From: Nemertoderma westbladi
Lineage: Eukaryota; Animalia; Xenacoelomorpha
DNA: 64,000 nucleotides
NCBI GenBank assembly: GCA_032718475.1
Contig: JAUCBJ010008850.1
Coordinates: forward strand, 1 to 64,000
Reading direction: 5' to 3'
The notes beneath the pieces were generated by a model, which was not told where the DNA came from, made no database searches, and saw only the letters and a list, made by a program, of their open reading frames with translations. The translations under genes and the position numbers were made by a program. Shown piece after piece: positions 13,151 through 22,900 of this stretch. The first letter of the stretch is position 1; each line of letters opens with the position of its first letter.

Positions 13151-13264
13151 ATTAATAAGGTCTAACGGTGTTCTGTATTATTATACTTAAAGTAAATTAA
13201 ATTAAATTAAATTAATAATTTAAATAATGTAAAATAATACAGAACACCGTTAGACCTTATTAAT
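13151..13264. repeat. Perfect 32-bp inverted repeat around an AT-rich spacer
   Basis: ATTAATAAGGTCTAACGGTGTTCTGTATTATT (13151-13182) and its exact reverse complement (13233-13264). Confidence 0.9.
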
Positions 13265-14215
13265 TATTATTATTTTAGGAAATATTAGCCAATGACAACA
13301 TGAATGGGCAATTCGGAGGGTTTATGGGAAATAGACAAATTAAAAGAGATGTGTGTATCGACAGACGACGTAAAATTATATATAAATGTGGTTCAAGGCC
13401 GAACGTATAAAGCGTAAGTTATATAAGTATAAAAACAGTACATAGTTTACCTGCAAATATCGCCCATGTGAAGAATACCATGTTTTCAGTTTTCGGTGAT
13501 ATTTTATTTGAATTTATGAAGCATTTTGTATTTTTTTTATTTCTCCCCATTAAGCGACTTATAACGACTATATCTATCTTATAACCTGTACATACAGTAT
13601 GCTAATTCGTTTATTGTTTTGGTTAGATTCAGCCCTACTGTAACCTGGGTTTTAAGCGAAAACCTGGAACTGTAGGCCAATTCTTCACATGGGGGTAAAC
13701 TGCAAAGTGACATATTGCGTGGTAAATACAGTAACATTATTTATCGTACAGTTAACTTAGTCTGTCGAAGACCTTCGCTATTTGGAAGCCAACTCCAAAC
13801 CAACATGGCCTGCGTGACAGTTTGACTTTTTAAGGATAATAAGTATTATAATCACTCAATGACTCTAACAATACATTAGACTTACATTACATATGGAACT
13901 TAAACAAACGTAAAAATACTGTATATAATGTTTTATATTTTAGGTTCATTGAGGTAATCATGGATCTCGCCTGCTTGAGTAACTCCCACTACCAAGAAAA
14001 TTAGCTTTAATATAAGTTAATTGTTAATTATTAACTCTTTTAGTAAACTGGTTTTTCGCTTTATTATTAAAATATGGTTCCACGTGTAGGTCTACAATAC
14101 TGTATTTGAACAACTAGCGTTATATTGTAGCTTTACGTTTCTGTAACAATGTAAGGATAAATAGCATTTTATTATGTTAAGAATATAGGTAGGCCTATAT
14201 GACTTAATGTACAGG

Positions 14216-16136
14216 TATAGAATTATATTCCCTAAATGCCGTGGATTTTCAAAATTTTATTTTATTCGGATTAACTTTTGTAAAGATTGCTTTGAGTTCT
14301 CATTAGTATTGGTTCTATCTATTGTACATCTATCGGTCAAGTGGTTCAGTAGCTCAGTTGGTAGAGCGTTGGAAATTATATGTGTAGTAGGTATCGAGTT
14401 CGAATCCTAGTAAGTGCGAATTATTTTTTGTACAGAATTTCAACTCGTTTAAATTAACCGCTACAAATTAATTGCATTTGTCTGTACCAATGAGACTGTA
14501 GTTATTTGATTGTAACCAATGTCGTGCAAGTTATATATTAGCTGGACCAATAGCTATCTTTAAAACCTTGTTAGAACCCATAGAACAATCGAGAATTTTC
14601 TCGATTGATTGCGGCACAAATTTGCTATAAAAGGGTGCGATTTGTTCATTAGTTATTATTCTATATTACTCTCTCAGTTATTCAGTTATCTGATATTTGT
14701 TTATTCTGTGATTAGTTTTCAGATTACATCGTATTATAATTATATCTTCTGTAATAAAGTCAGAATATTCTCTCAGCTTTTCTATCTGTTTTACTATGAA
14801 TTCACTACGGTGAACAAACTCAGGGACAGGATGGCCGGCTAGAGATCGGGCCGCAGCAATGAACGGGAACATCACGGGAATGTAGACGAGAGACAACCCG
14901 CAATACCATTTAGAGTTATTCGCCCATCGCCTGAAAGGTTAGACAGCGTTCGATCCTTGCTACCTAAGTGTAAGACCAAAAGATCAAAAGGTAGACGTAG
15001 TGACACGCTGTAAGCCCAAAATTACATCATAGGGACTGTACTGTCTTGATTCAGGAAAAACCCACAGTAGACCTTCACATTCCTACGGGGGGAGAGAGAG
15101 CGCAGGCAGATACTAGTACGCAGATAGGACGTAGGCACACCGGTACAAGGCATACACATTGGTTAGGGTGCAGCAAACTGTACGCTTAACTCTTGCTAAG
15201 TACAGGTGTGTGTGCGACTATTTGCAGTACGTCAGTGTCCATTGCATTAGAACTTGTAGGCTAGGGGGGTTGCTGTGTTTTCACCTGAATTGGGATTGTA
15301 CCGTTCGGGCGGTAGGGCAGTTTACACTAGGCGCAAATAAATTGAGGCTATCAGGGATATACTAACATCTACCGTGTCCCCGCCAACGCCCTAATAGGAA
15401 GTTACCCGGACTACCTGGGTGACTAAAATTCTAGATAGGAGCCAGGATAGCTATTAGTACCCGTACGCCTACAGTAGTAAACTAACACATCTCTTCTTAG
15501 TATCAGGGACCTGGTACCTAAAATTGCCGAATTCTGGGCGTAGTATTAACCTTATGCCTGAATTTGAGTCCTGGAAATACGCAAGAGGGGAAGGAACCTT
15601 ATCATTCGTGAGTATTGGACCTACAAGTTATAAAATTGGAATATTCGTAAATGCACACCGTACCCAGTAATTATATATGTGAAGGAGCAAAACTGTTTTG
15701 ACCGTTCAGAATTATCACACGCGCGTTAGAAATTATTTACACCTCGAAATATATAAAATTAACTTTGTCCGTACTGTGCTTTGCCCGCTAGTTAGACATC
15801 TCCAAATCTCTGCCTGTACCTAGCTAGCGTCTCTTTGCCCAACCATATAAATCACACCGCGGCAAAGTATACGAGCCCCTTAGTCCGTCAGTGAGTCAGC
15901 CTGATTTTAGGATTCGCTGCGCGGGATTTTGTTTTATCGAAGTTTGTCTGCTCGTAGACTGTTTTCTGCCTCACCGGTTATAAGAGATCGATACTGCAAT
16001 ATATTCGCTTACTTAGAGTTTACTGTTTTGGTGAGAAGGTCGGATTTATGATTTGATTTACAAACTTTACAGTAGGATATTGCAGGTATTGTTACCGTCT
16101 TTTCGTATAGTAGGAATAGGCGTATCTCTTCCAATA
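14216..16136 (+). repeat. 5' LTR of the BEL/Pao element (1921 bp)
   Basis: TATAGAATT...TTCCAATA. Only one difference from the 3' LTR was noticed by eye (T15715 vs A30376). TATAAAA at ~14626; AATAAA at ~14753 and ~15336. Confidence 0.95.
14343..14429 (+). ncRNA. tRNA-like Pol III cassette inside the 5' LTR
   Basis: A box/D-arm TAGCTCAGTTGGTAGAGC, B box GAGTTCGAATCC, T6 run at 14424-14429. Anticodon and acceptor arms are degenerate. Confidence 0.6.
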
Positions 16137-16945
16137 GTAGGAATGTGTTTTACTGAACTACGGTTCGGTAGGACTAAAGTTATTTGAAAATTTTGTATTT
16201 TGAGGTAAAAATTTATATTTGATTAGCTAAGTGCTAATTTTTTGAAATAAAATTTGATTTGAACCGCGTGTAAAATATTTTGGAATTGAATACCGGTGTT
16301 TAAAAGGGTTTAAATACCATATTGTACCGGTACAAAATTTTTCGTAAAGTAAAACCTAACTCTTTTGTTTTTCAGGATTCAGAACTCATTTCTAGACTGT
16401 AACGGGAGCAAGACCGTGTTTAGCAAGTTTGGGAGATAGATAACTCAACAACTTTGGTTGGGAAAATCGCGTTTCGTCCGCAACGTTAAAAACGGAAGGG
16501 TTCACGTCCGGTTTGTATCTGGGAATCTGTTTTTCTGGAGAATTATTGGAGTGGGTGAGTTCGAAAAGTTGCATAAATAAGTTAGGCATTACCGTATTAG
16601 TTAAAAATTATTGTGGGTTCCACTGTCTCAAGTATTTATGCATTCCGTACGATTTCTTTGTTCATTGCTGAATTAGTCCGTATTATTGTATTTAATTTAT
16701 CTTTTGATAACGCATATCGTTATCCGATTTATTTGTTATAAAATTGGGCGCTAGGCTAATTTTATTATATACTCATTCCGTGACATTTATTTGCTGTAAA
16801 ATTGGCCGTTTAGGCTAATTTTATCCATCTGCTATAAAATCGGCCGGTAGGCTAATTTTATAAGACTGTAATTAGTACCGTTTAGATATAAATACGGTAA
16901 ACTCGATACTTTGACACTCACTTTACTTGACTTACAACTACCGAA

Positions 16946-19900
16946 ATGAGTGACAAACAAGACTATACGAAGAATACACAAACCGACTATGACTCATGCG
17001 ACGGAGATAAGTCAGCAGCGGAAGAACAACAGGGGAAGACTCGCGAGCCTACCGAACCTACACCGTGTGCGTCACCAGTACATCCAACGGGAGTACCGGA
17101 TGCCGTAGTACGAGGTGACGGCAGGACCGAGGACTTTCTAACTGTTCCGCAACCTAGATACAGGGAAACGGAAATGGTAAGTTCAGCAGGAAGCACAGAA
17201 AGTGTGGTTAGAAGCGTCGGAGGTTACATGGTGCATATTACCAGGAGTATTGGAGAAGGCCAACGCATATTAGACGGGTTGACCGCTCCGATGTCTCGAT
17301 TCGAGTTCTACACCCTCCAGGTTAGAGTACAGAGTAAAGTATATAAGTCCGTAGATAATCTAGTTGGCCTACAAGATCTAGCTAGACAGAGACAGGACAT
17401 GGATACTCAACTTAGAATCCTCGAGAAACTAATGATCGCTAGAGAGAAACTGATTCAGTTTAAGTCGACGATTAGACAGATACAACAGGAACAAGCGGAC
17501 CAGTTGTTAGGTGAGTCAGTTTCGGACGAATTATTACAACCCGAGGAAGAACAGGAACTGTACCGACTGGATGGACAATTAAAACACCTGACGGACCACT
17601 TACGCATGTGCGGCGAAGACGTCGGCGATTTGGAAACCGTGCCGGAATATACGAGGGAAACTTCATTCGCACAAATCGAATCGGCACCGGGAATACTAAA
17701 TCAATCGCTGGTAAGTATTCGTAGCGAAATCTGCGAGGGAAGTATGGTCACGTCAGAAGTTGCTCGACAACAGCAACAGTTCTACAGACAGCAACACGAT
17801 ATGGAAGAACAAGCTCAACTTCTAATGATACAAACAGCGGTAGAGGAAGAGAAAATACGTGTCGCGAATGTAGCGAGAATCTCTCATCTGCAGGAACAAG
17901 CCGAACTCGAAGCGGCCGAAATGGAAAGGTTAGAGTTGGACATTGCCCAACAAGCGGCAGCGGCCAAGTTAGCGCAACGAACGGCAACGGCCGAGTTAGA
18001 GCGACAAACGGCGGCAGCCGAGTTAGAGCGACAAACGGCGGCAGCCGAGTTAGAGCGACAAACGGCGGCAGCCGAGTTAGAGCGACAAACGGAAGTGGCG
18101 GAGTTAGAAAGAAAGCGACTAGTTTCAGAAGCCAGAGTCGAGATGAAGACACGGCAAATAAAAGCCCAACAAGCGATACGACAAGCAGAGTTCGAGGCGC
18201 AACAACAACAAACGGAACAACGAGAAAAGGAAGTTAAACTCCGTTTCGAACTTGAGAAAAGGGCGAGAGAATTAGCCGAAACCAAGGAAAATCTGGATCT
18301 TCTAGCTCGTGATCGATCGATGAGATCTCGTGACGGACATGATCTAGACCAGTTAGAGGTAAGGCACCGCCAAATCCAGGAACGAATGAAGGAAGGTTCG
18401 GTAGGGGCACCTGGACGAGAAAGACAATTAGTTAAGGACTTATGTCAAAGATTCCCTCAGGTAACTCCTATGTTTGCACCTGTTACGACTAAGGAACCTG
18501 TTTCGATTGCTGGTAGCAGTGATATCTCTCCTATCCATGGTGTGACGGAACACAGGTTTGTTATTCCGGACAAGTTTATACCTTCAAGAGCAACGTCGTC
18601 GCCTATTTTGAGGGTCAAGGTAAGTAACCCACCGATTACAGATCGTAGTAGTTTATTGACCGGACCTGCACTACTGACGACAAAACAGGTGAGTCCACCT
18701 TTGACACCTAAACCCGTTACGCACTACGAATACCCAATGACGTTTCGACCTACAAGGCCAGTTGATTCAAATGCTGTCATTCGTCCACCGGTTCAGTTTG
18801 CATCGCAATCTACGACTTCAAGGAAGACTTGTGAGCCTACCGAACAACGGAGACCAGTGGATACGCGACCGCTCAACCAGTTCACATCGCAATCTACGAC
18901 TTCGAGGAAGACTTGTGAGCCTACCGAACAACGGAGACCAGTGGATACGCGACCGCTCAACCAGTTCACATCGCAATCTACGACTTCGAGGAAGACTTGT
19001 GAGCCTACCGAACAACGGAGATCAGTGGACGATGTTCCGAAACGAAATGTTAAAATTCGTACGACGCAACGGACGCGAGCACGTCGACCACCATATCCGG
19101 ATGATAGTAGTACTTCGAGCGAATCGGATTACCCGAAACGCGAGGTATTTAGAACAGGGGCGGCCGATGAATATAAACGCGAGCGTTCAGACAACTCCTT
19201 TGCAGACAATCCTCCACAGAATACACCAACACCGAAGGCGTTACAACCAACGGACGCAATTAGTACACAACAGTTCGCCGACATTCTGCGACCAGTTGTC
19301 AATAAGTTGGCTCAGATCGAGGAACGTCTGGAGGAAGGTTACACCGACAGTTCGAGAAATTCCGAATTCGAACACAATAGACACCCGAAGGCACCACAAA
19401 GACCGGTACCTTCAAACCCCACATCGTATCAGGGAAAAGCGCCAAGAAGGGAGAACATCAACCAGACTACCAACCAAGGACGCGAAACTCTGAACGTTGC
19501 CGAGGAGATAGCGAAATTCGCAGCCAGACAGGGATTGCCGGTACAACAACCACCGAAGTTTTCCGGTAGCTCAAAACACTGGCATACCTTCGTAGACTAT
19601 ATCGAATCCCAGATCGCCGTGTGCGCCTTTACATCACGGGAGAAGTTCAATTACCTGCTCCAAACGTTGTCAGGAGAACCTAAACGTTTGGCGGAGACTT
19701 TCGTCGGTGTACCGGACGCTTTCGAACTAGCGTACGATCGTTTAACTTCGATATACGGAGGTACAGTGAGTATGGCCAGGTCAGTAATAGAGGAACTCTG
19801 TAAGGGAGGGGCTATCACTAAACCCGTCGACTTACTAAAACTAGCTGACGAGATCAAGAACGCTATCACTACCTTAAGATCAATTGGACAACTTGATTAC

Positions 19901-22900
19901 GGGAATACCCCTACAGTTCTATTAAAGATAATAGGACGACTCCACCATCGACTTCGTCGGGAGTGGAGGAAGGTCGAATACCAGCGAGAGGAGCGAGGAG
20001 GATTCCTAAAATTAGAAGATGTGTACCTTTTAATATCCAGGGAGGCGGTAGTAGAAACTCGATCTAACTATACCGACCAGCACATCGTGGCAGAAGGGAT
20101 CACACTGCCATCCTCCAACCGACAAAAACCCCAGACAACATCCACAAAGACGGCCACTTACGCCACACCGACGGAATCACGACAATTCTCAGACGGTAAT
20201 AGAGTATCTGCGCCCATTGGGACAAAACAGACGAGACAGCAACTCAGCACCGACTTCAACGGCTGCCAATACTGCGAGCATCTAGGTAAGCGGTATATTG
20301 GTCACAAGTTACGAGGTTGTCGACAATTTCGCGAGTTGAACTCGGAAGAACGACGGCTGCAGATACGGCCACTGGACTCTTGTTGGCGGTGTACGCGACA
20401 CGGACACGTGCGTAAGGATTGCCCAAATACTGACACTTGTCCATCCTGTGGACGCAACCACGACGGTCTGCTCCACACAGACAGCCACACGCCGACGAAA
20501 CGCTTCGCCAGGGAACACCCGGAAGCAGCAGCGAGATGTGATGCGGCCTACCGAAAACGAGAATCGAAAACGACTCCAACCTTTGTGACCCATATTGAGG
20601 ATTGCTTCTCAGAACAATCCGGATCGTCGGACGAAGAATCAGAAGACGACGATGAATATTCCAATGGAGACGAACAACCGTCGATCGCGCTCCTGACTAC
20701 TGATCAACTGAAGGGATTCAGTGTAATCCCGATTAAGGTTACTGGCACAAAGGGAAGTAAGAGGATCTATGCGATTCTAGATTCAGCCTCATCCCATAGC
20801 TACGTGGACGAAAAGATAGCTGACGTCGTAACGGATCTCAGACAAGGTAAACACGTCAGTTATACAGTAAGTAGTATGCACGGCCAGCGTGCAATACCAG
20901 TGACACGAGTTAAGTTGGACTTAGACTCTCTTCTTCCAAAATCGCAACACAGCGAGAGGGAGAGGTCTTTGTTACCCTTTAGAGATCTAACCTTTGCGGC
21001 CACGAAGGACTTTAGTAACCTACTAGGTCCAGTGCCGGAACAATCTCTGGAGGACCGTAAGTATTTCAGACACCTTGGTGTACCCGAATGTCCTGTCAAT
21101 TATAGATCGGTAGCAATGCTGATCGGGACGGACCAATTCAACCTACATCAGGTGTGGGAAACCAGACCATCGGCAGTTGTAGCGGGAAACGCATACGCCT
21201 GCAGAACGCCGATAGGGTGGTATACTCGAGCGCCTGTGCGCACACTAGACGTAAGTGACGAGGAAGACGATGTACAGAGTACATGTAGTTTATTAACTAC
21301 AAATTCTATTCATTCCTTTTCACACGACGTGAACCATACTACGCTACAGTCGACAAAACATGACAGACGGGTAACTAGTATGATAAGTCACAAGGAGCAG
21401 CTAATCCACAAGGTGAGTTTGGAACTTGGGGAGAAGATGAGTCAGCTAGAGATTCCATCGACGACAGATGATAGGCTTGCGAGTCTACCTACCCCAATAA
21501 CCTCAACAGTGCCCGTCGATATCGATGATGACGCGTTGAAAATTCATCAGTTGGAACAAGCGGACCTGGACAAAGAATTAACGGAGAAGACTATCAGGTG
21601 GTTTGAACAAGATACAGCTGAACCTGGTAGCTACGAACCTTGTATGTCGGAACAGGAGAAACAATCTCTAAAGATCATGGAAGATACTATCCGACAGACG
21701 GAGGACGGACATTACGAGGTGGGGATGTTATGGCGTAGCCAAAGTCCAAAACTTATAAATAACTACCCACTGGCTTTGAGACGTCTACACTCAATACGAC
21801 AACGTCTATTAAAGGACGAGAAAGCCCATCTGCAGTACAACACTCAGATGGAGACGTATTTGACTGAAGGATACGCTATCCGAATGACTAACCCGGAGCG
21901 AGTGACCGACCAGACGTACTACTTGCCACATCACTACGTGAGACACCCCGATAAACCAGACAAAGTACGTGTAGTCAATGACTGTGCGGCTCTGTTTGAG
22001 GGAATGTCCCTCAATAGTGAGTTGATGGATGGACCGAACATGAATAATTATCTAATGGGGGTGATTATGCGCTTCCGTCAGCGTCAAGTAGCCTTTACTT
22101 GCGACGTTGAAGCGATGTTTCACCAAGTAAAGGCTTTAGAGCGAGACAAAGACAGTTTGCGGTTCCTCTGGTATCCGGAAGGAGACTTAAGTCTACCACC
22201 AGCGACTTACCAAATGCAAGTTCGCGTTTTCGGTGCCAGAGACAGCCCAAATTGTACGATGTACGCCTTGAAGCAAGCCGCTAGAGATCAGAAACATCTG
22301 TATGACCCAGAGATAATTAGAATTGTGGAGCGTGACTTTTATGTAGATGACGGTTTACAAAGTTGCGACACAGTAGAACGTGCTACAACAGTAGCACATC
22401 AATTACGGGACTGCTTGGCGGGCGGAGGTTTTAACCTCACCAAATTCGCCTCAAACAGTGCCGAATTAGTTGACTCATTCGGAACTACTGAGCGTGGAGG
22501 TGGTGACATAGACCTAGAGTTCGAACCACTACCGACGACTAAGGTGTTGGGGCTCTTTTGGGACCCAAACACAGACAACTTTCGAGTGAAGGTGAGACTG
22601 GACAGTCAAGGAAACACACTGACCAAGAGATCATGCTTGTCAAAGTTGAGCCGATTGTTCGATCCGTTAGGATTCATCAGTCCAGTGATACTGCAAGCCC
22701 GCATTTACATGCGCAGTATATGGAAGGATGGACTAACGTGGGACGAGCCGATCTCATCAGACCAAGTGGACTTATGGAAGACCTGGGAGGCGGAATTATC
22801 TTCGCTAGAGGATTATTTCATACCCAGGGTTTACTTTCCATTACAAAGTACATTTCCTGACAACTTGGAACTACACTGTTTTTCTGACGCCAGTGACAAC

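Noticed and set aside
14207-15365. Short ORFs duplicated at 28868-30026
   Set aside because: They are duplicated only because they lie in the LTRs; no coding signal.
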